Positions 1 to 14,694 are shown, counted from the stretch's first letter. The stretch: DNA of 64,000 nucleotides from Mobula birostris (GCF_030028105.1 NC_092393.1:59275121-59339120), one strand, 5' to 3'. Notes: generated by a model not told the origin, from the letters alone. Numbers and translations: made by a program.

Positions 1-1220
1 ATGTAACTTACAAGTTAAACCTGGGTTAAACAGTGGTTGTAAAAGTTGAAGATCTTTTTCTAAAAGACCGTTTTGTATGAGAGCAAAAATATTTATAGGA
101 AATTGATGTTACTGCATTTATCATTCACTTCCAAATTTAGCAAGAGAAGTCCATGTAGGTTGCTTGCTAATCATAAACCTTAAAAGTAACAATCAGTAAA
201 ACCTGTGAACAAAACTTCCAATTTCTGGTGGGCAGAGATCAGACAACAAAATAGGTCATCAATTAGGGAATGTAACAGCCCAGATTATCCCATCACCTTT
301 GTTTCCAAGTGGAAATTGGTTGGATTAGCAGGAGGGTTTCCTGATTAACTACTAACTCCCTAGCATTTCTCAGCCTTTACATCAGCAAGCCATTCCACTA
401 CACAGTTTAGAAACTGCAATGCTGAATGGTGGGAGCTTCTAGCCCTTCCAGTATCACTCTTGCTAATATTATTATAATATTAATGCACCAAAAATTTTAT
501 TCCTTGACTATGTCTCAAACTTTGTTTAAAAATTATCTGTTCTGCATCAAATTACTTTCCCATTTTATTTTGAGAATTGCTGTTTTTGATTCCTGGCAAG
601 GCTTTAATGAAACAAGTAATGTAGGAGTCATGTATCTATTTCCTATCTGTACTGTATTTTGTGTTGCGCGTTTATAGTAGTCACATGGGTTTGGGTGTGG
701 TAGAACTGAAAAGTTTAGTTATGTATTTTTGATTTGTCGTAGGAGCCTGTCTAGTTTAGGTAGAGCTAAGTGAGTGAGCTAGGGTTGATATCTTTTTTTG
801 TTGACCATTTTAATTATGCTTAAACACACTTAAAATTGCTTAAATACATTTGAATATTCTTGAAAACCTTTGAGAATACTTGGCTTATGTACATTTAATA
901 CACTAAGATCGTTTATTCCGTTATATCGCTAGTTTTAGTTTTGTTAGTTTTTTAATAAAAGATTAAACATGTTCTTCAACTTTGGAACTTTGTTATTGGA
1001 TTGGAGAGTGTGTTATATAGTATCAACCCCACTGTGATGCTTAGTCTCCAAGCAGTTTTGGTTTGTTCGAGTAACCACTGCAAGTAACAATATGAAATAT
1101 ACATAAATAATAGAAGCAGGTAGAGCTAATAGACTTCCATTTAAATGGAAATTTCCTGAGTCTTTTTAAACAAAATGCTAGTGTGCTGTAACCAAATACT
1201 CATTTAAATAATCTGAGTAG

Positions 1221-1514
<294 letters not shown>

Positions 1515-2026
1515 TGATCCATCTTGTGTAGCAGCATGTCAGAACTTAACCATCGTAATCTTAAACCATTGTTTAATTTTGAGACAAGACTTGTTAGGTT
1601 TTATTAACAGGAAATTGGTTAAGTTCTTTATTTAAACATAATTTTTAATTGGAAATTGAAAGATTGACAGCCATTTTGCTTCCACTTCAGCTTTACCACA
1701 TAATCCAGAGAAACATTAAAATAATTGTAAACATTTGTTCAAAAGCTATTCACGACTTTAGTTCTTGTCTATGTGAGTATTCACTTCCATTGCCACAAGA
1801 GGGGAAGAGTCATTGTATGGACCTCTGCTTGACTTAACCACAGGAGGAGAATGTGATCACATATGTCAGTAGATGCTTGCCAAGACATGTGTGTACCTTG
1901 AAATTAGAAATCTGTTTTGATTGATGCACTTAGTTCATGGGTATTTCCATGGTTTAGGGAGTGCTGTGGACAATTTTGCAGGGCTATCGGAGTTTTATCT
2001 TACCATTTTATTCAATAGTTAGCCTT

Positions 2027-2195
2027 NNNNNNNNNNNNNNNNNNNNNNNNNNNNNNNNNNNNNNNNNNNNNNNNNNNNNNNNNNNNNNNNNNNNNNNNNN
2101 NNNNNNNNNNNNNNNNNNNNNNNNNNNNNNNNNNNNNNNNNNNNNNNNNNNNNNNNNNNNNNNNNNNNNNNNNNNNNNNNNNNNNNNNNNNNNNN
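2027..2195. other. Assembly gap (run of N)
   Basis: 169 consecutive N within a RHOT1 intron. Confidence 0.99.
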
Positions 2196-2289
2196 AAGTT
2201 TCTCAATTCCCCAATGGAATTATCCCATTGCTCTAATTTAATTCAGCATTGAATTTAAATTCCTTGCCCTTTTGTTGCAGGGATGGTGA

Positions 2290-2568
<279 letters not shown>

Positions 2569-3203
2569 TAAAGTAACTGAGAATCTGGTGTTCAATAAAC
2601 CAGTGGTCTTTTAGAGTTTAGTTTCTCATAATATACCAAACTCTGAAAGTGATAGTTTTCATAACTCTCTGAGCAAGCTGTTTTCTTGCCCTCAGCTTCT
2701 GCAATAAGAAGAAAAATAGTCTAATAGTTATAATGCAAGTATTTAGTTTTTAGTTAAATTCTTCAGCCACGAAAAAGATAAATATTCTGAAAACTTGTCT
2801 TTCATGTAAACATTTTACAGAAGGAACTTGATGTTCTGTTAATTATTTTTAGTTACAATGACTGTAATTATTTAATGCAGAACAACTTTATTATTAAATA
2901 TCCCTAAGCTGCCAGCCTTCAATGTCACAAAAAAAATGGATTGTAAAATGTAAAGAATAGAAGTGTGGAAGGGAGTGACAGAGGAACATGTTTGTTTTCC
3001 TGTTGTTTCTTTTTGCTTCAGGTGTTCCATGTAGTTCTGCCGAGCTTTGTGGGCATGCTATGTTGGCACCAGAATGCGTGATGACACTTGCAGACAGTCC
3101 CCAGCACATCATTGGATGTGTTGGTTGTTAACATAAATAACACATTTTGCTGTATGTTTTGATGTACATGCGATAAATCAAATTTAGACCCCCATCTCAG
3201 ATC

Positions 3204-3715
3204 TACACTCTGGCCACTTTATTAGGTACTCTTGTATACCTGCTCGTTAATGCAAGTTTCTAACGTAGTAACTCAATGCATAAAGACATGCAAATGTGGT
3301 CAAGAGGGTCAGTGAGTGCTCAGACCAAGCATCAGAAAGGAGAAGAAATGTGATTTAAATGACTTTGACCATAGAATGATTGTTGGTGCCAGACGAGGTA
3401 GTTTGAGTACCTGAGAAATTGCTGATCTCCTGAGGTTTTCACACATAACAAACAGTCTCTAGAATTTACAGAGAATGGTGCAAAAAAAAAACAAGTACAT
3501 CCAGTGAGCATTTCTGTGGATGTAAATGCCTTGTTAATGAGAGAGATCAAGCAGAATGGCCAGATTGGTAGGTGACAGTGATTCAAATAATCACACGTTA
3601 CAGCAGTGGTGTGCAGAAGAACATTTCTAAATGTACAACATGTCATACCTTGAAGTGGATGGGCTACAGCACCAGAAGACCATGAACGTACACTCAGTGG
3701 CCACTTTATTAAATA
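3204..3715. mobile_element. Non-autonomous Tc1-derived remnant; second copy at about 11570-11915
   Basis: tacact(ca)gtggccactttatta end motifs; shared internal sequence (gccttgttaatgagagag, ccttgaagtggatgggctacagc). Confidence 0.65.
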
Positions 3716-4034
3716 GAAGAGCATGTAAATCTGACTTAACATCTTAAGTAAAAAACAGGTAAAATTCTGGTAAATACTTATTTCATAAATTCTGTTATAT
3801 TATATGCCTGCAAGTAAATGAATGGCAAATATAGTGACGTAAGTATTTGAAAATAAATTTACTTTGACTTTGAGTTTTTGTTTAAGTTGCATGGTCAGCT
3901 TTTAGAGTGAAGCCTTAGTGTGACTTTGATTAATCATATTGCTCAATGTCACATTCACAATAATGGAATACTCAGGTGTTCTACTGTTCTAATGGATTGT
4001 GCAAGTTAAAAGTTTGTTTGTGGGTGACAACTGA

Positions 4035-4148
<114 letters not shown>

Positions 4149-5081
4149 TGAATTTGCAGATGTGTCCTTTATTAATTTCCTCTTCATTTCTGTGGTTTAT
4201 TGGTCTGTTCTGTCAAATCTTTGCCTGTGTATCATAGCCTAAAGATTTTATAAAGATAAAGATTAGCTTTATTTGCCACATGTGCATCAAAACATACAGT
4301 GCAAAGCGCCATTTGCGCCAATGACCAACACAGCACGAGGATGGTGCTGGGGGCAGCCTGCAAGTGTCACCGTGCTTCTGGAGCCAATGTAGCATGCCCA
4401 TAACTTACCCTAACCCATTAGTCTTTGGCATATGGGAGGAAACCAGAGCATCTGGAGGAATTGCAATTATTGGAAGAATTATAGGTACAATCTCCTTGCA
4501 GATAGCGGTGGGAATCGACCCCAGTCGATGATCACTGGTTTTGTAAAGTCATAACCACTACGTTACTTTGCCACCGCAATTTCTATTCAATTAGAGTAGA
4601 AATATTCAAATAATTGGGCCTGTTTATGATATCCCAGTTTACAAAGCTCCTTCACTCCAGCACGTCTCATTTCTAATTTCAACCCAATTTTTCCCCAGAA
4701 ATCACCTCCTGTAGACATGCTATGCAGAACATTCCACACGTGCTAATGGTAGCCAGTTCCGTCTGTCCACCACCTCTCAATTCTTTTTGTTTCTCCTTGT
4801 ATTATTACTTCCTTGTTTGATATTATTTAGAATATCAAGATTGTATCTGTCATGTTTGTGTCAGGTCCATTGCTCTTTTTTGCTTTATCATCCTCTATGT
4901 TTCCCCTTGTCCTATTGATAGAAAACGGAATATTTCAGCCCCATTTTCTATAAAAGGCTTCATGCTTCATCTTTCAAAATGACATCTAGCTGTGTATTAT
5001 TTTTAAATGTATACCATTTGATTGTATGTTTCAATGTACAAGTGACAAATAAAGTTAAATCTTTTCTTCATATTTGGTTAT

Positions 5082-8000
5082 TTGGTCCTGAAAGGAGAAT
5101 ATAGGGAGCTAGGAAGGGAGTTGAGAAAAAGGACCGCAAAGGTAGTAATCTCGGGATTACTGCCTGTGCCACGCGACAGTGAGAGTAGGAATGCGATGAG
5201 GTGGAGGATAAATGCGTGGCTGAGGGATTGGAGCAGGGGGCAGGGATTCAAGTTTTTGGATCATTGGGACCTCTTTTGGCGCAGGCGTGACCTGTACAAA
5301 AAGGACGGGTTACACTTGAATCCTAGGGGGACCAATATCCTGGCAGGGAGATTAGCGGGGGCTACTGAGGTGACTTTAAACTAGAATGGTTGGGGGGTGG
5401 GAATCAAATTAAAGAGGCTAGGCGTGAGGAGGTTAGTTCACAACAGGGGGATGGGAACCAGTGGAGAGAGACAGAGGGGTGTAAAGTGAGGGTAGAAGCA
5501 AAAAGTACTAAGGAGAAAAGTAAAAGTGGCAGGCCGACAAATCCAGGGCAAGCATTAAAAAGGGCCACTTTTCAGCATAATTGTATAAGGGCTAAGAGAG
5601 TTGTAAAAGAGTGCCTGAAGGCTTTGTGTGTCAATGCAAGGAGCATTCGTAATAAGGTGGATGAATTGAAAGTGCAGATTGTTATTAATGATTATGATAT
5701 AGTTGGGATCACAGAGACGTGGCGCCAGGGTGACCAGGAATGGGAGCTCAACGTTCAGGGATATTCAATATTCAGGAGGGATAGACATGAAGGAAGGGGA
5801 GGTGGGGTGGCGTTGCTGGTTAAAGAAGAGATTAACGCAATAGAAAGGAAGGACATAAGCCGGGAATATGTGGAATCGATATGGGTAGAGCTGCGTAACA
5901 CTAAGGGGCAGAAGACGCTGGTGGGAGTTGTGTACAGGCCACCTAACAATAGTAGTGAGGTCAGAGATGGTATTAAACAGGAAATTAGAAATGTGTGCAA
6001 TAAAGGAACAGCAGTTATAATGGGTGACTTCAATCTACATGTAGATTGGGTGAACCAAATTGGTAAAGGTGCTGAGGAAGAGGATTTCTTGGAATGTATG
6101 CGGGTTGGTTTTTTGAACCAACATGTCGAGGAACCGACTAGAGAGCAGGCTATTCTGGACTGGGTTTTGAGCAATGAGGAAGGGTTAATTAGCGATCTTG
6201 TCGTGAGAGGCCCCTTGGGTAAGAGTGACCATAATATGGTGGAATTCTTCATTAAGATGGAGAGTGACATAGTTAATTCAGAAACAAAGGTTCTGAACTT
6301 AAAGAGGGGTAACTTTGAAGGTATGAGACGTGAATTAGCTAAGATAGACTGGCAAATGACACTTAAAGGATTGACGGTGGATATGCAATGGCAAGCATTT
6401 AAAGGTTGCATGGATGAACTACAACAATTGTTCATCCCAGTTTGGCAAAAGAATAAATCAAGGAAGGTAGTGCACCCGTGGCTGACAAGAGAAATTAGGG
6501 ATAGTATCAATTCCAAAGAAGAAGCATACAAATTAGCCGGAGAAAGTGGCTCACCTGAGGACTGGGAGAAATTCAGAGTTCAGCAGAGGAGGACAAAGGG
6601 CTTAATTAGGAAGGGGAAAAAAGATTATGAGAGAAAACTGGCAGGGAACATAAAAACGGACTGTAAAAGCTTTTATAGATATATAAAAAGGAAAAGACTG
6701 GTAAAGACAAATGTAGGTCTCCTGCAGACAGAAACAGGTGAATTGATTATGGGGAGCAAGCACATGGCAGACCAATTGAATAATTACTTTGGTTCTGTCT
6801 TCACTAAGGAGGACATAAATAATCTTCCAGAAATAGTAGGGGACAGAGGGTCCAGTGAGATGGAGGAACTGAGCGAAATACATGTTAGTAGGGAAGTGGT
6901 GTTAGGTAAATTGAAGGGATTGATGGCAGATAAATCCCCAGGGCCAGATGGTCTGCATCCTACAGTGCTTAAGGAAGTAGCCCAAGAAATAGTGGATGCA
7001 TTAGTGATAATTTTTCAAAACTCATTAGATTCTGGACTAGTTCCTGAGGATTGGAGGGTGGCTAATGTAACTCCACTTTTTAAAAAAGGAGGGAGAGAGA
7101 AACCGGGGAATTATAGACCGTTTAGCCTAACGTCGGTGGTGGGGAAACTGCTGGAGTCAGTTATCAAGGATGTGATAACAGCACATTTGGAAAGCGGTGA
7201 AATGATCGGACAAAGTCAGCATGGATTTGTGAAAGGAAAATCATGTCTGACGAATCTCATAGAATTTTTTGAGGATGTAACTAGTAGAGTGGATAGGGGA
7301 GAACCAGTGGATGTGGTATATTTGGATTTTCAAAAGGCTTTTGACAAGGTCCCACACAGGAGATTAGTGTGCAAACTTAAAGCACACAGTATTGGGGGTA
7401 AGGTATTGGTGTGGGTGGAGAATTGGTTAGCAGACAGGAAGCAAAGAGTGGGAATAAACGGGACCTTTTCAGAATGGCAGGCGGTGACTAGTGGGGTACC
7501 GCAAGGCTCAGTGCTGGGACCCCAGTTGTTTACAATATATATTAATGACTTGGATGAGGGAATTAAATGCAGCATCTCCAAGTTTGCAGATGACACGAAG
7601 CTGGGTGGCAGTGTTAGCTGTGAGGAGGATACTAAGAGGATGCAGGGTGACTTGGATAGGTTGGGTGAGTGGGCAAATTCATGGCAGATGCAATTTAATG
7701 TGGATAAATGTGAAGTTATCCACTTTGGTGGCAAAAATAGGATCCTAAAGGGATTGGACAGGCTAGATGCAGGAAGATTGTTCCCGATGTTGGGGAAGTC
7801 CAGAACGAGGGGCCACAGTTTGAGGATAGAGGGGAAGCCTTTTAGGACAGAGATTAGGAAAAACTTCCTCACACAGAGAGTGGTGAATCTGTGGAATTCT
7901 CTGCCACAGGAAATAGTTGAGGCCAGTTCATTGGCTATATTTAAGAGGGAGTTAGATATGGCCCTTGTGGCTACGGGGGTCAGGGGGTATGGAGGGAAGG

Positions 8001-8107
8001 CTGGGGTGGGGTTCTGAGTTGGATGATCAACCATGATCATAATAAATGGCGGTGCAGGCTCGAAGGGCCGAATGGCCTACTCCTGCACCTATTTTCTATG
8101 TTTCTAT
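5082..8107 (+). mobile_element. Young 5'-truncated CR1-clade LINE with internal deletion
   Basis: ORF1 C-terminus (SGNH esterase-like, DGLHLN) at 5082-5384; ORF2 5390-8017 with APE motifs (NARS, GITETW, GDFN, SDH) and RT motifs (GVPQGSVLGP, FADD); 3' hairpin ggtgcagg/cctgcacc and TTCTATGT tail. Confidence 0.96.
5390..8017 (+). CDS. CR1 ORF2 endonuclease-reverse transcriptase, internally deleted
   Basis: 875-aa open frame; the segment normally between HFGGKNR and ILKGLDR is missing. Confidence 0.85.
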   Translation: MGGGNQIKEARREEVSSQQGDGNQWRETEGCKVRVEAKSTKEKSKSGRPTNPGQALKRATFQHNCIRAKRVVKECLKALCVNARSIRNKVDELKVQIVINDYDIVGITETWRQGDQEWELNVQGYSIFRRDRHEGRGGGVALLVKEEINAIERKDISREYVESIWVELRNTKGQKTLVGVVYRPPNNSSEVRDGIKQEIRNVCNKGTAVIMGDFNLHVDWVNQIGKGAEEEDFLECMRVGFLNQHVEEPTREQAILDWVLSNEEGLISDLVVRGPLGKSDHNMVEFFIKMESDIVNSETKVLNLKRGNFEGMRRELAKIDWQMTLKGLTVDMQWQAFKGCMDELQQLFIPVWQKNKSRKVVHPWLTREIRDSINSKEEAYKLAGESGSPEDWEKFRVQQRRTKGLIRKGKKDYERKLAGNIKTDCKSFYRYIKRKRLVKTNVGLLQTETGELIMGSKHMADQLNNYFGSVFTKEDINNLPEIVGDRGSSEMEELSEIHVSREVVLGKLKGLMADKSPGPDGLHPTVLKEVAQEIVDALVIIFQNSLDSGLVPEDWRVANVTPLFKKGGREKPGNYRPFSLTSVVGKLLESVIKDVITAHLESGEMIGQSQHGFVKGKSCLTNLIEFFEDVTSRVDRGEPVDVVYLDFQKAFDKVPHRRLVCKLKAHSIGGKVLVWVENWLADRKQRVGINGTFSEWQAVTSGVPQGSVLGPQLFTIYINDLDEGIKCSISKFADDTKLGGSVSCEEDTKRMQGDLDRLGEWANSWQMQFNVDKCEVIHFGGKNRILKGLDRLDAGRLFPMLGKSRTRGHSLRIEGKPFRTEIRKNFLTQRVVNLWNSLPQEIVEASSLAIFKRELDMALVATGVRGYGGKAGVGF

Positions 8108-8936
8108 TTCTTAGTTGCTAAAGTTTAGCCAAAGTCTGTTTCACAGTCAAGTCCTGTTCCTTTACCAGTCCTGTGTTTGCTGACCTACATTAGCTCCTGT
8201 ACCATCAACACTTTCATTTTTGACCAAAATCAGAAAAAAAAAATGCAGTAGCTGAAGATACTCGAGGTCATGACCTTGTTTTAAAGTTCCCTTTCATTTG
8301 TTTGTTCATTTCAAAGCCTTGTGTTTTCCTTTCTCCAGAACCCGTTTTAGCCCCACAAACCTGTGGGATCTCTTCATTTGTTTAGATCTGTTTTTCATTC
8401 CTTTGAAAGAAAGATAAAGATTAGCTTTATTTATTACATGTACATCAAAACATACAGTGAAATGCACCGTTTGCATCAATGACTAACACAGTCCGAGAAT
8501 GTGCTAGGGACAGCCTGAAAGTGTCACCATACTTCTGGCACATAGCATTCCCATAACTTCCTAACCCTAAGCCTAACTCTATCCTGTGCATCTATGTAAT
8601 GAGGGAAGAAACCAGAGCACCTAGAGGAAACCCATGTGATCATGGGGAGAACATACAAATTCCTCACTGACAGCAGCTGGATCGCAGATGTTGTAAAGCA
8701 TTGCACAAACTCTACACTACCGTTCCGCCCCATCTCAACTTAGTCAACTGTTGTTAGTTGAGCCATTATCTATGTAAGCCCTAAATAATGTAGTTCTTGT
8801 CTTTTGTAATTTCTACCTTTAACTCTTCCTCTGAATACATTTTAAAACCTATCTCTCACCTAGTCTTATGTCATTCCTTCAAATGATTCCCTCCGTTCAT
8901 TTTTATCTGTTGATGAATTTCCATGAAACATCCTAA

Positions 8937-9158
<222 letters not shown>

Positions 9159-9265
9159 TGAGTCATTTTTTCCTTTGTGATTGTTGAGCAATATTTTCAA
9201 TCTATTCTTTTTCTGTAAAATGCTGATTCAGTAACTTTGTAAATAGCTGTATATTTGTGTTCTGA

Positions 9266-9388
<123 letters not shown>

Positions 9389-9869
9389 TAGTAACTTATT
9401 CTCCTTAATTTCTTAATTGGATGAATTATTACCATGTGGCTACATCTTAGCCACGTCTTCTCTCTCCAGCTACCCTCTCAGATTTGTCTATATTTAAGAC
9501 TTCTATCACACCTCCATCAGTCTTCCGTCAAAAGTTCCCATTTGTGTTATCACTCTAGTAAATTCTGTATTCTGTCTCTAATGCAGGGACTAGGATCATT
9601 TACTGTTCTCTGATCTAACTGAGGTTTCATAAAAACATTCAACATGGTTTCCAATCTATCCCTCTTAGCAAAGCTTGGTTGGTTTTTAACTACCTGAATT
9701 CAACTGAAGTTGATATTGTTGGACATTGCTGTATCTGTAACACTGTAACTCTGTGCTTCTCAACCCATCATAAACCCATATTCTTTTCTTCCAGCTGAAT
9801 TGAAAACCTAACAATATGTTATTCTTAAGGTTTAGCTTCAGTACAGTGGAAATGAAAATTAAATTTCCT

Positions 9870-10345
9870 TCACAAAATGCTGAAGGAACTCAGTAGGTTG
9901 GGAGGCATCTATGGAAGGGAATAAAGAGTCGACATTTTGGGCTGAGAACCTTCATCAGGACTGGAAAGGAAGGGGACAGAAGCCAGCATGAGTAGGTTGG
10001 GGAAGGAGAAGCCATACAAGCTAGAAGGTGATAGGTGAGGTGGGGGGTATATATTGAGAAGCTGGGAGGTGATAGATGGAAAAGATAAAGGGATAAAGAA
10101 GCTTCCCACTTCATCCCCCTTCCCCCACACACCTACCTTTTCCTTCACCTGGCTTCACCAATCAACATCCCTTCCCCACCCCCCACTTTATTCTGGCTTC
10201 TTCCCCCTTCCTTTCCAGTCCTGATAAAGGATCTGGGCCCGAAACATCAACTGTATATTGCGTTCCATAGCTGTTTCCTGACCTGCTGAGATCCTCCAGC
10301 ATTTTGTGTGTATCACTCTGGATTTCCAGCACCTGCAGAGTTTCT
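9870..10345. mobile_element. Inverted pair of Penelope-type short elements with decayed hammerhead cores
   Basis: Minus copy ccagtcctgatgaaggttctcagcccaaaatgtcgact near 9927-9964; plus copy cagtcctgataaaggatctgggcccgaaacatcaactg at 10216-10253. Confidence 0.8.
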
Positions 10346-10384
10346 TGGGTTTAAATTTCTGTCACCTGATAAAAAATGTCATAA

Positions 10385-10645
<261 letters not shown>

Positions 10646-12641
10646 TAGAATAAAATTTTAAAATCTTGTTGTCCATCATTGAGGACACTGTAGAGCTAAT
10701 TGAATTAGATATTAATGCATATTGGAGCCACTTCACAAATCTGTTTGTTCTGTGCAACACTTTAGTGGTTAATGATTTAGGGTGGAGAGAAATTGTAGAT
10801 TTTCAAGTCTGATTGATTCTGTATTGTCAATGAGAAAAAGATTGATGGTTTTGAATAAAAGAGAATAGTTAGCTTTATTTGTCTCATGCACATCGAAACA
10901 CAATGAAATGCGTTGTTTTGCAAAAAAAAAAACCAAGCATTTAATTATATATTGGATACTGTAACAGATAGTGTAAGGTCTTACGACACTAGCTGTAAGA
11001 TCAGGGTTCAATTCCCATTGCTGTCTGTAAGGAGTTTGCACGTTCTCACGTGGATTTCCTCGGGATGCTCTGGTTGCCTCCTACATTCTAAAGCTGTGCG
11101 GGATAGGGTTAGTGAACTATGGGAATGTTATGTTGGTGCCAGAAGTATGGTGACATTTGCAGGCACAATCTTCACTGACTTGATTTGACGCAAACAGCAC
11201 CTTTCTCTGTATGTTTTTTATATATGCCAAAGTTATTGTAAAATCTTAAGGAGGGTAATTATAATGGCAGGAACTACAAATAAGAGGAGAGGGTTCAAGT
11301 AAAGTTCAAATAATTTTAGTTATCAGCCCTATTGCTTCCTCTCTTACTAAAGTTCTGTCTGCATCTCCCAAGGCATGTTAAACATTCATTAATTATCATT
11401 TGTGTATCTAGGATGAAAAAGACTAAAACCACTGTGAGGTGTGTGGTTGGGTAAGGGATAGGGTCAGCAGACTGAGTCTGTAGAATTTAACTTGATGAAG
11501 CAGAATGTGAATTTAAACACTAACGATATGAAACCCTTGACAGTTGTCATATGGGTTGTACTTAGTAAATATACTCAGTGGCCACTGAGTGTATGTTCAT
11601 GGTCTTCTGCTGTTGTAGCCCATCCACTTCAAGGTTCAGTATATTGTGCAACATCTGCACGATGGTGCAATAAAACAAAAAAACATCCAGTGAGCGGCCG
11701 TTCTGTGGGTAAAAAACGCCTTGTTAATGAGAGAGGTCAGAGGGGAATGACCAGACGTACCAGCTGACAGGGAGGTGACAGTAAATTAAATAACTGGGAT
11801 ACAACAGTGGTGTGTGGAGAGCAGAGATGTTGTACATTCAAAGATGAATGTACGACATGTCAAACCTTGAAGTGGATGGGTTAGAGCAGCAGAAAACCAA
11901 GAACATACACTCGGGCTATCGTATGAGAGAGAGGGAAACTGATCATCTGACTACTTGGGTTTAGAACATCATTCCCATGTTGATTAGGCCCAAAGAAATG
12001 ACACCACTAAACAGTTCTGTAGAATGTAATGTGTAATGTCCTTGAATTGCCCAAGAGTGTTGTACAGCAGTGAAACATTATCAATGCTTTATCTTCCCAC
12101 ATGTTCCTTTGTGTCTTTCCATCTCCCTCAGAGATTAGATTTCATGGAGCACTAGTTAAAACTCATCATGGTCTACAATAAGCACGAGAGATTCTGCAAG
12201 TACTTAAGATCTTGCACTAGAAATTAGCTTCATTTGTCACACGTCTATCAAAACATGCAGCAAAATGTGTCATTTGCATCAATGACCAGCACAGCCCAAG
12301 CATGTGCTGGGGGCAGCCCACAAGTGTCACCAGGTTCCCGGTGCCAACCTAGCATGTCCATAACTCACTAACCCTAACCTGTACATCGTTGGTCTGTATG
12401 AGGAAACCGGAGCACCCAGAGGAAACTCGCGTGTAAGAACATACAAACTCTGTACAGTGGCAGGAATCGAACCCTGATCCATGATTACTGGCACTGAAAA
12501 GCAGTTGTGCTAACCATTATGCTACTGTGCTGCCCTGGTCATACTCTGTTTGATTTACTGAGTAGTTTATTTTTCACATTCACAATGTTAAGTCAATGTG
12601 TTTCGTAATAGATGTTGTAACGTTCTGTTCAGAAGCTGTAA

Positions 12642-12872
<231 letters not shown>

Positions 12873-12944
12873 TAAATGTGTTGAATTTTTTAGGAAGTTT
12901 AAAAGTTATCTTAACTTTTTTTTATAGTAGATAAGACTCACAGA

Positions 12945-13310
12945 ACACTACAGCACAGAAACAGGCCTTTTGGCCCATCTAGTCCATGCCGAATTATTAT
13001 CCTGCCTAGTCCCATCGACTTGCACCTGGACCCATTTCCCTCCCATCCATGAACTTATCCAAACTTCTCTTAAATGTTGAAATCAAACCCACAACTGCCT
13101 TTCTATTGCAACTTGTTTCACACTCTCACCACTCTGAGTGAAGAAATTCCCCTTCATGTTCCCTAAGAATTTCACCATTCATCCTTAACCAATGACCTCT
13201 AGTTCTAATCTCACCCAACCTCAGTGGAAAAGCCTACTTGCATTTACCCTATCTATAGCCCGCATAATTCTGTACACCTCTATCAAATCTCCCCTCAATC
13301 CTACGCTCAT
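12945..13310 (-). mobile_element. CR1 LINE 3' fragment; similar pieces at about 20505-20850 (-), 27040-27640, 28870-29270, 40960-41470, 49640-49830 and 56860-57180 (+)
   Basis: acagcacagaaacaggcc...cctctatcaaatctcccctca is the reverse complement of the CR1 3' region. Confidence 0.75.
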
Positions 13311-13544
13311 ATTGGATTGGTGGTAATTCCACTCGATTTATTTCGTGCTGTATAAATAACTACTAATGGTTACTTAACATTCCTGAACAAGTATTATTGC
13401 AAAGAGAGAAAGTTATAATGAAGTTGCTATTGTTGGGATTATGTTTGATCGACTTTTGTCTCAATATTTGTGATCTTCTGTAGAAGTGTCAGCGCTTGGC
13501 TTCATTAAGGTTTTGCCTTTTGTACCGGATGAAACTGGATGGCA

Positions 13545-13895
13545 GGGTGGAGATGCGTCTCTACCAAAGGAGGTGTAAGGCACTCCTTCCCTTCGCTAGC
13601 CAGCAAGATGTAGCACCTCTTAGCCCCCGATCAGAGTCACGTGAAGCCGTGGGAGCAGCTGCTTAGAATGGTTGCATGTGCAGCTGGTGCATATCACAAG
13701 TCCTGGTTATGCCACTGACGGGCAGATGATCTCTGAAGAGTATTGATAATGGCTGGGGTCACCTGTCTTGTAAAGACACTGCCCAGAAGAAGGCAATGGC
13801 TAACCACTCCTGTAAAAAGATTTGCCAAAAACAATCGTGGTCAGGGGGAAAACTATGATCACACACATCATATGACATGGCATGCATGTAATGAT
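13545..13895 (+). mobile_element. Short interspersed repeat with RTE/BovB-like tail; other copies at about 16205-16510 (-), 20855-22195 (+, interrupted), 26015-26400 (-), 50530-50860 (+)
   Basis: Shared ggtggagat...ctctaccaaaggaggtgtaaggc head, agaagaaggcaatggc.aaccact motif and (GAT)n tail. Confidence 0.7.
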
Positions 13896-14129
13896 GATGA
13901 TGACCAGATGAAAATCTCATCAAGTTTTACATCTTGTCCTTCGGGATGATACCCATTATAGTTTATAACCTCTGTTCTGAACAGCAAGGATTTCAATCTG
14001 AAGCCCCAATTACAAACCTCTGGACATGTTTGCTTATTTAACTGGTAGTATTTTCAATGCCTCAAAGTTATGATTTTGAGCCCTACTTTAGTAGGGCATA
14101 CAATTCCGTAGGCTAACATAGGAGGAGGT

Positions 14130-14694
14130 CTTGTACTGATCCACACTGACTGTGATCTCCCAGTAAGGAAGTTAAGGATCCAGAGGGAGAGGGAGGTGCA
14201 AAGGCCAAGGTTTTAAAGCTTGTTGATTAGTACTGAGGAGATGATGGTGTTGAACGTTGAGCTGTAATCAATAAGCAACATTCTGACATAGGTGCTGTTG
14301 TCTAGGTTCTCCAGAACTGTGTGGAGAGCCAGTGAGATTGCATCTACTGTAGACCTGCTGGCAAATTCAGCAGGTCTGGGTACTTGCTCAAGCAGAAGTT
14401 GATTTTAGCCATGACCAACCTCTCAAAGCACTTCATCACAGTAGATGTAGGTGAAAGTCATTGAGGTAGCTCGCCCTGCTTTTCTTAGGGACTGGTATGA
14501 TTGATGTCATTTTGAATTGGGTAGGAACCTCTGAGCACAGCAGTGAGAAGTTGAAGCTGTCCTTGAACACTCTAGCCAGTTGGTCGGCACGGGTTTTCAT
14601 TGCCCTGCCAAGTACACCACTGGGGCCTGACACCTTGCAAGGGTTCACCCTCTTGAAGGCTGCTCTGACATCAGCCTACAAGACGAGATCACAG
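14130..14694 (-). mobile_element. Rex1/Babar-like LINE RT fragment
   Basis: KVSGPSGVLGRAMKTRADQLARVFKDSFNFSL...IIPVPKK...LNDF resembles the N-terminus of a non-LTR RT of this clade. Confidence 0.7.

Noticed and set aside
5755-8040. Antisense ORFs of 258, 93 and 236 aa
   Set aside because: Shadow frames of CR1 ORF2, with no independent motifs
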